NCBI GenBank assembly: GCA_030390025.1
Contig: CM059434.1
Location: forward strand, 131,502,001-131,566,000
Length of the DNA: 64,000 bases
From: Squalus acanthias
Lineage: Eukaryota
Direction of reading: 5' to 3'
The notes under the pieces are model-generated. The model was not told where the DNA came from. It searched no databases and saw only the letters and a list, made by a program, of their open reading frames with translations. Positions 23,926-36,947 of this stretch are shown here, piece after piece. The translations under genes were made by a program, and so were the position numbers. Every line of letters starts with the position of its first letter. Positions within the stretch are counted from its first letter, which is position 1.

Positions 23926-26900
23926 ATATAAAGGACCAATATTTGCTGTGGCAGGGTAACTAACTGTGTCTGCTGTTAGTTAGACTTGCCCTTGCATGTA
24001 AAGGTTTTCAAATTTTTTGCGTAGCAAGTTGCTGAAAGTGTGAGGTGATAACATCGCAGTGAGGGAAATAATGCATCTGGGACCTGAGTGAGCAGGGCAA
24101 GCAAGTATGGCCCTGATCTTGACAGGAGTGGGCTGTGTCGGCGGGGGTTGGAGGGAGGCGGAGTTTCTGTCGGGAAACCCGGAAGCATGCTGCGGAGTGT
24201 TGACTCCGATCCCTGACCCCGGGGGGTGGCCGGTGCGACCCGTGGGGGTGTCTGATTCCCGACCCGGAGGGGGGCCTATCCCTGACGGGGGGCAGGGGGT
24301 GTATGGGGGTTCTGATGGGGGATTGAGCTTGGGGTGCTGGGGGGTGCGGGAAGCAGTTACCTTCTCCCTGAAGCTGTCCTCGCCTCCCTTCAGCTGCCGG
24401 GTTTCCCAAAGCCGGGGAAATCCAGCTGGCCAGGGTTAAATCAGGGGCTGCCAGTCTCATTAATATATATAACTGGCCAACCCACCTCCTGGGAGCAGGT
24501 TGGATACCTGCCTCCGTTAAACCTGGAAGTGGGCAATTGGAGCCGGTTGGGATCGTGTTTGAGATTTTTAAAGTTTTAATATCTCACCCGACCACAACCC
24601 ACCCAAGTTTGGGAGTTCAGATTCAGCCCTATGTATCTCCTTAATCGATCAAATCGAAGGATTGTGAAATTAACAGCGCAAGGACTGAGGAGGAAATGTA
24701 AGTTAGAGATCAGGGACAGCAAGAGAAATAAAGAGAGGGAAAGAAAGACTGCATTAAGAGAGTGAGAACAAAAGACAGAAAGTAAAAAAAAATGCTTTAA
24801 GTTAAAATTTGACATTTTAAAAATCTCCAACAATTAAAACCTGAAGGAATGAGACTCCACACTTGCAATAATTAGTTTTCAGTGCCAGAGAGGTTGATGG
24901 CAGTAATTAACACACATCAGGTCATTAAAAGGGTACTAAGACTTAACTTTCTGTGGCGGGTTCAGTTCGTATCTACCGCGCAAGTACAGAAACCTTATGC
25001 CGTTCAATGCATTTTAATGGTGAGGCAGACAGCGAGATGCCGTTTTCCTGAAGCATCTCGTACAGCAACATTAGATTTTTGCGTTTAACTGCGCATCTGC
25101 CCATGCCTGAAGTTGCTGCAGAGTTTCCACATAAACGAAGGAGAGCGGCATTAGCCTCGCCATTATTTTGATAGCAAATTATGGGCCAAACTCTCATTCA
25201 TCTCTTCGTAGGGAGATTGGTGAGGGAAGGGAACTGGTGCTAGATTCCACTCTTCCTTGGATTCCACTCTCTCCTTTTCTACAGTGGAGTGTTGCTGGAG
25301 TTCTAGACTGGTGCCGTGGGAAGCTTCTGAGCCCTCGTAATCTACGTTAACTGAAACAGCGAAGGTGGCAAATCAAAGTGGAATCGCCAAATGTGAAGGT
25401 CTGGGAAATGGTTACCTCTTTGGTTGTGGTCTATCTTGTGAAAAATTATTGATCAAAGGGTTACTGAAAGCTGATCAATTCATAAGTTGTTTGATTTTTG
25501 TCTGCTTTATTCCAGATTATTTTCACATCCTTCACCATGGGATTTAAAGGATTCAGAGAACCTGTCAACTTCCAATCATCATAGAAAAAGTGCTGCTCAA
25601 CCCCAAAACTCACCTCCCTTTCAGCTCTCTTGCAAGTTGTTTATAGACACCAAGCTCAATCATGCCTCACTGTTTTGTATTATGAACACCTAAATGTTAA
25701 TGGACTTTCTCATTTGAGAGAGCGCGAGGCGTTCACTGATGAAGTTCCAGATCTAGCAGTACTCAGTTTTGATAATAGGATTTCATGTTTTGAAGTACCT
25801 CCCAATGTGAGATCACTTATCACCATCAGTAGTATTACAGAGACTCCCAAGTGTATGAGGAAGGCAGCTATGAGTTTATCAAATCATTTGATGATAAATC
25901 TCATTAATGAAGTTAAACAGAGATGATTTGAGCAATCCTAGCATTACCCTGCATGGACATCCTGGTTATCGGGGCATAGTATGAAACCTTTCCTCCGACA
26001 TCAGTCTGGTAGCTAGTGACATCAACAACATGGTTTACTAACCATATTGTCCATGATGGGGTTTAACATCTATATACAAATCCTAGTGGCCATCGATGTA
26101 TGATGGTGGCTGGAAATGGTGAGCATGGGGATAAATGTCCTTGTGATTTTCAGCATATTCTGGTGCGTAATACAAAGCAACTTTGTATGGCAAGAAAATA
26201 GAGCAGAAGCTGTTTCCATCAATTTTCCGCCATAAAATCACTAAGGGTAGAAGCTAAGAATGGGTGAGCATCATGCTATTGAAATTAAAGGAGACAGAGA
26301 AGGGGGTGAACATTGTAGATGTGTAGTACTCCACAGGGATTTAAGGGCGATAGTGTAAGCATTCAGTCACCAACCAGATGCTGGTACTATTTCCCCAACC
26401 TTGCTATCTCCCATGGCAAGAGGAGAGTGTCTCCCCATGAGTTCCATGGCCTTAAGGTGTGAGATGTTTAAAATTGGGATGTGCCCTCTGGTGGTCTGTA
26501 TCTTATGGGCATTGTGTGCCAATGTCTCCTGCAACAAGATTGAGTAAATGACAGGAAGGTATAAATGAGGAGAGTGCGCTAAATGGCATGGGAGAGCTGA
26601 AGAGATGTGGAGCTATCAGCCTCTTTAAGTGGATGAAGGGGTTTTGGAGTTGTGCATGTTTGTAATTGCTTTTAGGGGAGATGGGTAGCCATAGTGCAAG
26701 ATCCTGAGTTATTGCACCCTCCCTAACCAGAGTGTATCGTGAGAGGTTAGTTGCACGGGTGTTCCTTTAAGAGGATGAACAGTTTACTGGTGTCCAGGAT
26801 GGCCAAGCAAAAAAAGGGAGAGTGGCTGATATATGACCTTTCTTGCCCTGGTAAGGTTATTGAACTTCTTGCGGCACTGGTGTGTAATGCTGGGGAGGAG

Positions 26901-27130
26901 AGTGCCAGTGCCAGCTACCTCCAGGTGGCACAGCTGACATTTCTGGCTGGTTTGCTACCATGTACACCCAGCAGTCTGTGTACCCTGATCGCAGTTTCCT
27001 CAAGAAGGGATTGAAATTGCGGCACCTTCTTCTCTGCCTGTGTGCTGGACCCTGTTGCCTTGTTTGATTGTGTGTGCCAGCAGCTCCTGTAGTGGACATT
27101 CTTGAAAAGTGGCAGATAAAGATTCAGGAT

Positions 27131-30100
27131 AACATAAGAACATAAGAAATAGGAGCAGGAGTAGGCCAATCGGCCCCTCGAGCCTGCTCCGCCATTCAAT
27201 AAGATCATGGCTGATCTGATCCTAACCGCCAATCTACTATCTATCACAGAACCATCTCCTGCATCTAACAGAATTGCACACACGAAATAGGAGCAGAATC
27301 AGGCTACACAGTCCCTGGGCCCGCTCCACTACCCACAGGGCCATGACCGATCCGAACCTAGACTCATGTCCAAATTCCTGCCCGCTCCCCGTAACCCTTA
27401 ATGCCCTTTACTTCTAGGAAACTGTCTATTTCTGTTTTAAATTTAATTAATGTTGTAGCTTCTACAGCTTTTTGTGGCAGCATATTCCATGGACCTACCA
27501 CCCTCTGAGTGAAGTAGTTCCTCCTCATCTCAGTTTTGAAAGAGCAGCCCCTTATTCTAAGACTATGTCCCCTAGTTCTCGTCTCACCCGTCATCGGGAA
27601 CATCCTCCCCGCATCCACCCGATCCAACCCCTTCACAATCTTATATGTTTCAATAAGATCGCCTCTCATTCTTCTGAACTCCAATGAGTAGAGTCCCAAT
27701 CTACCCAACCTCTCCTCATATGACCACCCCCTCATCCCCGGGATTAACCGAGTGAACCTTTTTTGCACTGCCTCGAGAGCAAGGATGTCTTTCCTTAAGT
27801 AAGGACACCAAAACTGTATGCAGTATTCCAGGTGCGGTCTCACCAATACCTTGTACAACTGAAGCAATACCTCCCTATTTTTATATTCTATCCCCCTAGC
27901 AATGAAAGCCAACATTCCATTTGCCTTCTTAATCACTTGCTGCACCTGCATACTAACCTTTTGAGTTTCGTGCACCAGGACCCCCAGATCCCTTTGCACT
28001 TCAGTACTCTCCAGTTTCTTGCCATTAAGATAATAAATTGCTCTAGGATTTTTCCTGCCAAAGTGCATCACCTCACACTTTCCAGTGTTGTATTCCATCT
28101 GCCAAATCTCTGCCCACTTACTTAGCCTGTCTATGTCCCCTTGCAGGTTTTTTATGTCCTCCTCACTCACTACTTTCCCTCCCATCTTTGTATCATCTGC
28201 AAATTTTGATATGTTACACTTGGTCCCTTCCTCCAAATCGTTAATATAGATTGTGAAGAGTTGGGGACCCAGCACTGACCCCTGTGGAACACCACTAGTT
28301 ACTGATTGCCAGTCTGAGAATGAACCATTTATCCCAACTCTTTGCTTTCTGTTAGATAGCCAATCCTCTATCCATGCCAGAATATTACCCCCAATCCCGT
28401 GATTTTTTACCTTAAGCAATAATCTTTTGTGTGGCACCTTGTCAAATGCCTTTTGGAAGTCTAAATACACTACGTCCACTGGTTCCCCTTTATCCACTCT
28501 ATATGTTACTTCCTCAAAGAACTCCAGCAAATTTGTCAAACATGACTTCCCCTTCGTAAAACCATGCTGACTTTGTCCTATTAAATTATGATTATCCAAA
28601 TGTCCTGTTACTGTTTCCTTAATAATGGACTCCAAAATTTTACCTACCACAGATGTTAGGCTAACCGGTCTATAGTTACCAGCCTTCTGTCTACTGCCCT
28701 TTTTAAATAAGGGTGTTACATTAGCAGTTTTCCAGTCTGCCGGGACCTTAGCGGAATCCAGGGAGTTTTGAAAAATTATTACCAATGCATCTACAATCCC
28801 TACCGCCACTTCCTTCAAGACTCTAGGATGTAAGCCATCAGGTCCAGGTGATTTATCCGCCTTGAGTCCCATTATTTTACCGAGTACCACTTCCTTAGTG
28901 ATTTTGATCGTGTTTAGCTCCTCTCCCCCTATAGCCCCCTGTTTGTCCAGTGTTGGGATATTCTTAGTGTCCTTTACTGTAAAGACTGATACAAAATATT
29001 CATTCAGTGTTTTTGCCATCTCCATATTTCCCACCATTAATTTCCCGGTCTCATCCTCTAAGGGACCAACATTTACTTTAGCCACCCTTTTTCTTTTTAT
29101 ATAACTATAAAAACTCTTACTACCTGTTTTTATATTTTTTGCTAATTTACTTTCATAATCTATCTTCCCTTTCTTAATCAATCTTTTTGTTATTTTTTGC
29201 TGCCTTTTAAAGTTTTCCCAATCCTCTGTCCTCCCACTAGATTTCGCTACCTTATATGCCCTTGTTTTTAGTCGAATACGATCCTTAATTTCTTTACTTA
29301 GCCACGGATGACTGTCCTTTCTTTTACACCCTTTTCTTTTCAGTGGAATATATTTTTTTTGGAAGTTGTAAAATAACTCCTTGAATGTACACCACTGATC
29401 ATGTGTCGTCTTACCCTTTAATCTATTTTCCCAATCCACTCTACTCAATTCCGCTCGCATACCTTCATAGTCTCCTTTATTCAAGCTTAGCACGCTTGTT
29501 TGAGATCCAACCTTCTCACCCTCTAATTGAATATGGAATTCAACCATGTTATGGTCACTCATTCCAAGGGGATCCTTTACTAGGACATTTTTAATTAATC
29601 CTGTCTCGTTACACAGGACCAGATCTAAGGTTGCTTGCCCCCTGGTCGGTTCAGTTACATACTGCTCAAGAAACCCATCCCTAATACACTCAATGAACTC
29701 ATCCTCAAGGCAGCCCTGCCCCATTTGATTTGTCCAATTAATATGATAGTTAAAATCCCCCATAATTATAGATGTTCCCTTATTACATGCCTCAACTATT
29801 TCCTGATTGATACTCCGTCCAATAGAGTTGCAACTGTTCGGAGGCCTATAGACTACGCCCACTAATGTTTTTTTCCCCTTATTATTCCTTATCTCCACCC
29901 AAACTGTTTCATTATCATGATTTTTTGACCCAATATCATTACTCTGTATTACAGTGATTCCTTCCTTTATTAACATAGCCACCCCACCTCCCCTTCCTTC
30001 CTGCCTGTCCTTCCTGATCGTTAAATAACCTGGTATGTTTAATTCCCAGGCATTGTCACCCTGCAGCCATGTTTCTGTAATGGCCACAATATCATAACCA

Positions 30101-31222
30101 TATGTAGTTATTTGTGCCATTAACTCGTCTATTTTGTTACGAATGCTACGTGCATTCAGATAGAGAACTTTCAAATATGCTTTGTGGCACTTAGTTCCTG
30201 CTTTTTCACTTTTTACCAGTTTACCTTTTACTCCACACACTCTGTCCCTTCCTGCCACACTCTGATTTGTGATTCCCCTACTGCTACCTATGTCTATGAC
30301 CCTCTCTGTTGTCATTTTTATTTTTTGCTCTCTTGAAACCTCCCCCCCACTAATTAGTTTAAAGCCCTCTCCACAGCCCTAGTTATTCGATTCGCCAGGA
30401 CACTAGTCCCAGCACTGGCCAAGTGAAGTCCGTCCCAACGGAACAGCTCTCTCCTGCCCCAGTACTGGTGCCAGTGTCCCAAGAAGCAAAACCCATTTTT
30501 CCCACACCAGTCTTTGAGCCACGCATTCAACTCCCTGATTTTATTTACCCTAGCCAAATTTGCTCGTGGCTCAGGTAGTAATCCAGAGATTATTACCCTC
30601 GAGGTTCTGCTTTTTAATTTGGCCCCTAGCTGCTCAAACTCCCTCAGCAGAACCTCTTTCCTTGTCCTATCTGTCATTGGTACCAACATGGACCACGACA
30701 ACTGGATCCTCCCCCTCCCACTCCAAGTTTCTCTCCAGCCCAGAGGAGATGTCCTTAACCCTGGCACCGGGCAGGCAACACAGCCTTCGGGACTCTCGCT
30801 CTTGGCTGCAAAGAACCCTATCTATCCCCCTAATGATACTATCCCCTACCACTACAACATTTATTTTTACTCCCCCCACTTGAATGGCCCCCCTTACCAC
30901 GGTGCTGTGGCCAGGTTGCTCATCCTCCCTGCAGTCCCCGCTCCTATCCACACAGGGAGTAAGAGCCTCGAACCTGTTGGACAAGAGCAAGGGCTGCGGC
31001 TCCTCCAACACTACCTCCTGGATCCCTGTACCTGCCTCACTCGTAGTCACACCTTCCTGTCCCTGACCACGGGCTACTTCTGAATTAGTTACTCTAATTG
31101 GTGTGACTACCTCCTGAAACACGGAGTCCAGGTAACTCTCCCCCTCCCTGATGTGTCGCAGTGTTTGAAGCTCGGACTCCAGCTCATCAACACGGAGCCG
31201 GAGTTCCTCGAGCAGCCAACGG
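27131..31222 (-). mobile_element. CR1 LINE with intact ORF2 and frameshifted, 5'-clipped ORF1
   Basis: ORF1 pieces 30667-31242 and 30354-30767 (GDS, GTND, DGLHL); uninterrupted ORF2; (TTCTTATG)n tail at about 27131-27150. Confidence 0.95.
27364..30315 (-). CDS. CR1 ORF2 (APE endonuclease plus reverse transcriptase), 983 aa, intact
   Basis: YLNARS, ITETWL, GDFN, SDH, QHGF, LDFQKAFD, PQGSVLGP, FADD all in one frame. Confidence 0.93.
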   Translation of the reverse strand: MTTERVIDIGSSRGITNQSVAGRDRVCGVKGKLVKSEKAGTKCHKAYLKVLYLNARSIRNKIDELMAQITTYGYDIVAITETWLQGDNAWELNIPGYLTIRKDRQEGRGGGVAMLIKEGITVIQSNDIGSKNHDNETVWVEIRNNKGKKTLVGVVYRPPNSCNSIGRSINQEIVEACNKGTSIIMGDFNYHINWTNQMGQGCLEDEFIECIRDGFLEQYVTEPTRGQATLDLVLCNETGLIKNVLVKDPLGMSDHNMVEFHIQLEGEKVGSQTSVLSLNKGDYEGMRAELSRVDWENRLKGKTTHDQWCTFKELFYNFQKKYIPLKRKGCKRKDSHPWLSKEIKDRIRLKTRAYKVAKSSGRTEDWENFKRQQKITKRLIKKGKIDYESKLAKNIKTGSKSFYSYIKRKRVAKVNVGPLEDETGKLMVGNMEMAKTLNEYFVSVFTVKDTKNIPTLDKQGAIGGEELNTIKITKEVVLGKIMGLKADKSPGPDGLHPRVLKEVAVGIVDALVIIFQNSLDSAKVPADWKTANVTPLFKKGSRQKAGNYRPVSLTSVVGKILESIIKETVTGHLDNHNLIGQSQHGFTKGKSCLTNLLEFFEEVTYRVDKGEPVDVVYLDFQKAFDKVPHKRLLLKVKNHGIGGNILAWIEDWLSNRKQRVGINGSFSDWQSVTSGVPQGSVLGPQLFTIYINDLEEGTKCNISKFADDTKMGGKVVSEEDIKNLQGDIDRLSKWAEIWQMEYNTGKCEVMHFGRKNPRAIYYLNGKKLESTEVQRDLGVLVHETQKVSMQVQQVIKKANGMLAFIARGIEYKNREVLLQLYKVLVRPHLEYCIQFWCPYLRKDILALEAVQKRFTRLIPGMRGWSYEERLGRLGLYSLEFRRMRGDLIETYKIVKGLDRVDAGRMFPMTGETRTRGHSLRIRGCSFKTEMRRNYFTQRVVGPWNMLPQKAVEATTLIKFKTEIDSFLEVKGIKGYGERAGIWT

Positions 31223-33875
31223 TGAAGATAGCTGAAAGTCAAGTGAGCGAGCTAAGCACTGTTCCTTGCTTACCTGCTTGACCCCCAGTCTGTCGCTGCA
31301 GTGTTCAGCCAGAATAGGGGAGTGGGACTAGTTGCTGGCTCTTTGGTAGAACCAGGCAGGCACGATGGGCTGGATGGCCTCTTTCTGTGCTGTATGATTC
31401 TATGATGATACCAGAACTGAGAGCGTGCAACTGTCAGGAAAGACTGAACAGGCTGGGGTTCTTTTCTCCAGCGGTGACCTGATAGAAGTCTTTAAAGTTA
31501 TGAAGGGGTTCAATAGGGTAGATGTAGAGAAGATGTTTCCACTTGTGGGGAGTCCAAAACTAGGGCCATACATGTAGGATAGTCAGTAATAAATCCAATA
31601 AGGAATTCAGGAGAAACTTCTTTACTCAGAGATTGGGGAACTCGCTACCTATTGGAGTAGTTGAGGCGAATAGTATCGATGCATTTAAGGGGAAGCCAGA
31701 TAAGTACATGAGGGAGAAAGGAATAGACGGATATGTTGATAGGGTGAGAGGAGGCTCATGTGGAGTATAAAACCAGCATGGACCTGTTGGGCCGAATGGC
31801 CTGTTTCTGTTCTGTAACCTCTATGTAACGATCTTTTGAAAGCCTGCACGCTTCATTTCGATGCACTCCAGCAGATTACACCCATTTTACATGGGATTTA
31901 TGTCAATCACTGCTCCAATGGATGTGCAATGAGCTGACCCAGGAAACCCTCGTGTAAATACCGCTCCAGACTACCAGCGGGTGCAAATCTTTTTCCAGTG
32001 TTTTTCAATGTCCTTCAAATGTCCTTCACCTGTTCCTAACATCTCCAATGTTTCTTTTTCTTAAACAGACATCACAAACACCTTGATATTTAAAAAAGCA
32101 GGAAGTACAGGGTGGCAATCTCAAAGGGCTTGTAGCTAATGGACTTCCTTCCATTTCAGGCGTCTTCCCTTCTATTATGCACCACTTTGTCTTGCAAGCA
32201 AGTAAGTACATAAGGACAAAGAACATAAGAAATAGGAGCAGGAGTCGGCCATTCGGCCCCTCGAGCCTGCTCCGCCATTCAATAAGATCATGGCTGATCT
32301 TCTACCTCAACTCCACTTTCCAGCACTATCCCAATATCCCTTGATTCCCTTAACATCAAAAAATCTATCGATCTCTGTCTTAAATATACTTAACGACTGA
32401 GCTTCCACAGCCCTTTGGGGGAGAAAATTCCAAAGATTCACGACCCTCTGAGTGAAGAAATTTCTCTCATCTCAGTCCTAAATGGCTGACCCCTTATTCT
32501 GAGACTGTGACCCTTGGTTCTAGACTCCCCAGTCAGGGGAAACATCCTCCCTGCATCTACCCTGTCAAGCCCTGTAAGAATTTTGTATGTTTCAATGAGA
32601 TCACCTCTCATTCTTCTAAACTCTAGAGAATATAGGCCTAGTCTACTCAATCTCTCCTCATAGGACAATTCCCCCCCATCCCAGGAATCAGTCTGGTGAA
32701 CCTTCGTTGCACTCCCTCTATGGCAAGTATATCCTTCCTTAGGTAAGGAGACTAAAAGTGTGCACACTACTCCAGGTGTGGTCTCACCAGGGCCCTATAT
32801 AATTGCAGTATGACGTCTTTACTCTTATACTCAAATCCTCTTGTAATAAAGGCCAACATACCATTTGCTTTCCTAATTGCTTGCTGTACCTGCATGTTAA
32901 CTTTCAGTGATTCGTGTACAAGGACACCCAGGTCCCTCTGAACACCAACATTTCCCAATCGCTCACCCTTTTCTATTTTTCCTACCAAAGTGGATAACTT
33001 CACATTTCTCCACATTATATTCCATTTGCCCTGTTTTTGCCCACTCACGTAGCCTGTCTATATCCCCTTGAAGCCTCTTTGCATCCTCCTCACAACTTAC
33101 ATTCCCACCCAGCTTTGTATCATCAGCAGACTTGGATATATTACATTTGGTCCCCTCATCCAAATCATTGATATAGATTGTGAATAGCTGAGGTCCAAGC
33201 ACTGATCGTTGCGGTACCCCACTAATCACAGCCTGCCAACCCGAAAATGACCCGTTTATTTCTACTCTCTGTTTTCTGTCCATTAACCAATCCTCAATCC
33301 ATGTTAGTATATTACCCCAAATCCCATGAGCCCTAATTTTGTTTAATAACCTCTTGTGTGGCACCTTATCTATTCTGCTAGTTACAACCTCAAAAAACTC
33401 TTAACAGATTTCTCAAACTGGATTTCCCTTTCATAAATCAGTGTTGACTCTGCCCAATCCTATTACTATTTTCTAAGTGCCCTGTTACCACGTCCTTAAT
33501 AATAGATTCTAGCATTTTCGCTACTACTGATGTCAGGCTAACTGGTCTGTAGTTCCCCGTTTTCGCTCTCCCTCCTTTCTTAAATAGTGGGGTTACATTT
33601 GCTACCTTCCAATCCGCGGGAACCGTTCTAGAATCTATGGGATTTTGGAAGATGACAACCAATGCATCCACTATCTCTATAGCCACCTCATTTAAAACCC
33701 TAGGATGTAGGCCATCAGGTCCAGGGGATTTATCGGCTTTCAGTCCCATCAATTTATCCAGTTCTATTGTTTTACTAATACTAATTTCTTTCAGTTCCTC
33801 ATTCTCGCTAGAGCCTTGGTTCGCCCCTATTTCAGGGAAGATTTTTACGTTATCTTCCGTGAAGACAGACACAAT

Positions 33876-34633
33876 GGGCGCAATCTTGCCAGCCCTGGGG
33901 AGGCGGGTATGGAGGCGGGACTGCCATGAAAATGGCAGAATCTGGGGGCGGGTGCCCAACCCGCCCCCAATGCACCTGCGTGCCATCTTGGAGGCGGGAA
34001 GGGGATTAGTGCCACTTATCTGCCTAACAGGCAGATAAGAGGATTATCCCCATTTTACCCACACAAGTGCGGGCTTCCCGAAGGCTCCGAACCCCACCAG
34101 GGTCACCGAGGCGAGCAGTGGGTCTGCGGGGGTCTGCGGGGTGCAAAAGTGCGCTGTGAAGGTAAGTGATGGGTGCAAGTGTGGAGAGGTGAGTATCTGA
34201 GGTAAGTGGAAAGTGTTAGAAAAAGTTTACTTACCTTTGTTTCTTCCTGCAGGCTTCAATCGGTGGGTATGCGGAGAGTCTCGCACCTCCGCGGCAGAGA
34301 TGACAGATGGCCGCTGCATTCTCCAATGCAGCAACCATTTAATTTATGCTAAATAAAGAGGTTTGATGAGTCTTGAATTCAAGAACTCATCAAACTACAG
34401 AGAATGTCAGTGTTTGACAGCTTCACAGAAATTTTTGACAGATGAAACGTCATACGTTGACGTTCTCTGTAACCGGCTTTCCCTTAATTGGCCTGCAAAG
34501 CCCGTTGGGCGGGCTTAACAAGGTCAATCAAGGGAAAATAGCGTGGGTTGGCCAGAAGTTGATGGAGGTGGGACTAAAACCCAACAAGTGGGAGTCCCGC
34601 CTCCAAAAGCTCCCCATTGGCAAAATCCAGCCC
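33876..34633. mobile_element. Harbinger-like MITE, family A copy 1
   Basis: TIRs GGGCGCAATCTTGCCA / TGGCAAAATCCAGCCC; 3-bp TSD AAT/AAA; interrupts CR1 ORF2; alignable with 52140-52925. Confidence 0.8.
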
Positions 34634-36947
34634 AAAGTATTTGTTTAATTTCTCTGTCATTTCCTTATTCCCCATTATAATTTTTCCTGTCTCAGCCTGT
34701 AAGAGACCCACGTTTACTTTCGCTAATCTTTTCCTTTTTACATACCTATAGAAGCTTTTACAGTCTGTTTTTATGTCTCTCGCTAGTTTACTCTCATATT
34801 CTATTTTCCCTTTATCAATTTCTTGGTCTTCCTTTGCTGAATTCTAAATTCCTCCCAATCCTCAGGCTTACTATTTTTGGCAACATTATAAGCCTCTTCC
34901 TTTGAGCTAATACTATCTTTAACTTCTCTTGTTAGCCACGGTTGGACCACTTTTCCTGTGGGGTTTTTGTGCCTTAAAGGAATGTATATTTGTTGTAAAT
35001 TATGTCTTAATTCTTTAAATGCTAGCCATTGTTTGTCTACCGTCATACTTTTTAATGTAGTTTCCCAATCTACCTTAGCCAACTCGCCCCTCATACCTAC
35101 GTAGTTTGCTTTGTTTAGATTTAACTAAATCACTTTCAAACTCAATATAAAATTCTATCATATTATCGTCACTCTTCCCTAAAGGCCCCTTTACTACAAG
35201 GTTATTACTTGACCCTTTCTCATTGCACAATACTAGATCTAAAAAGAGCCTGTTCCCTTGTTGGTTCCTCAACATGCTGATCTAGAAAACTATCTTGTAG
35301 ACATTCCATGAACTCGTCCCCCACACTATTACTACAAATTTGGTTTGCCCAGTCTATATGTAGATTAAAGTCCCCCATGATTACTGTATTACCCTTGTTG
35401 CATGTGCCTCTAATTTCATGATTTATATTTTGCCCTACATTACAACTACTGTTTGGGGGCCTATAAACAACTCCCACCAATGTTTTCTGCCCCTTGCTGT
35501 TTCTTAGCTCCACCCAAACTGATTCTACTTCTTGATTTTCGGAGCTAAGATCCTTTCTCTCTATTGTCTTTATCCCATCCTTTATTATCAGGGCTACCCC
35601 TCCTCCTTTTCCATTTTGCCTATCTATTTTAAAAGATAAGTATCCTGGAATATTTAGTTCCCAACCTTGGCCACTTTTAAACCACGTCTCCGTAATGGCT
35701 ATTAGACCAAACCTATTAATTTCTATCTGCGCTATTAATTCATCTATTTTGTTGCGAATGCTTCGTGCATTCAGATATAGTGCCTTTAGCTTTGACTTAT
35801 TTCTATTTTTCACTGGTGCCTTATTACCTTTATTACTCTCTCTGTCCCTTCCTGACCCACTCTGCTTATTTTTACCCAAAACTCTACCCTGCTCTAGAGC
35901 CTTGACATTTCTCTTGCTGCTTTTAAATTTACTCTTTCCTGAATCCTCCCACCCCACCTTCATTAGTTTAAAGCCCTGTCTACTGCCCTAGTTATTCGAT
36001 TCGCCAGGACACTGGTCCCAGGCCGGTTTAAGTGGAGCCCGTCCCATCAGACCAGCTCCTTCTTTCCTCAGTACTGGTGCCAGTGCCCCATGAACTGAAA
36101 CCCCTTCCTCACACACCACTCTTTGAGCCACGCATTTAAACCTCTAAACTGTTTGTCCCTATGCCAATTTGCGCATGGCTCAGGTAACAATCCACAGATT
36201 ATTACCTTTTGAGGTTCCGCTTTTTAATTTGGATCCTAGCTCCTCAAACTCCCTCAGCAGAACCTCATTCCTAGTTCTACCTATGTCGTTGGTTCCTACA
36301 TGGACCATGACAACTGTATCCTCCCACTCCCACTTCTTCTCCAGCCGTGAGGAGATATCCTTAACCCTGGCACCGGGCAGGCAACACAGCCTTCGCTACT
36401 CCATGTCGCGGCTACAGAGAACAGTATCTATCCTCCTGACTATACTGTCGCCTACTACTACCACATTCCTTTTTACTCCCCCCACTTGAATGGCCTCCTG
36501 TACCACGGTGCCATGGTCAGTTTGCCCATCCTCCCTGCAGTCCTTGTTCTCATCCATGCAGGCAGCAAGTATCTCGTACCTGTTGGACAAGGTCAAGGGC
36601 TGAGGCTCCTCCATCACTATATCCTGGGTCCCCATACCTTCCTGACTCGCAGTCACACCCTCCTGTCCCTGACCACTGACGAACTCTAAAGTACTGCTTA
36701 ACCTAAGGGGTGTGACTGCCTCCTGGAACAAAGTGTCCAGGTAACTCTCCCCTTCCCTGATGCCCCGCAATGTCTGCAGCTCGGACTCCAGCTCAACAAC
36801 TCCGAGCCGAAGTTCCTCGAGCTGCAGGCACTTACCGCAGATGTGGTTGCTCGGGATCTCATTGGTCTCCACCAACTCCCACATGCTGCAGTTACGACAC
36901 ACCACCTGCACTGCCAGCTCTATCTAACTTTATTTTATTTATATAAT

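Noticed and set aside
25200-27130. Possible host exons or old LINE endonuclease remnant
   Set aside because: Only scattered weak motifs and many stops; no call can be supported.
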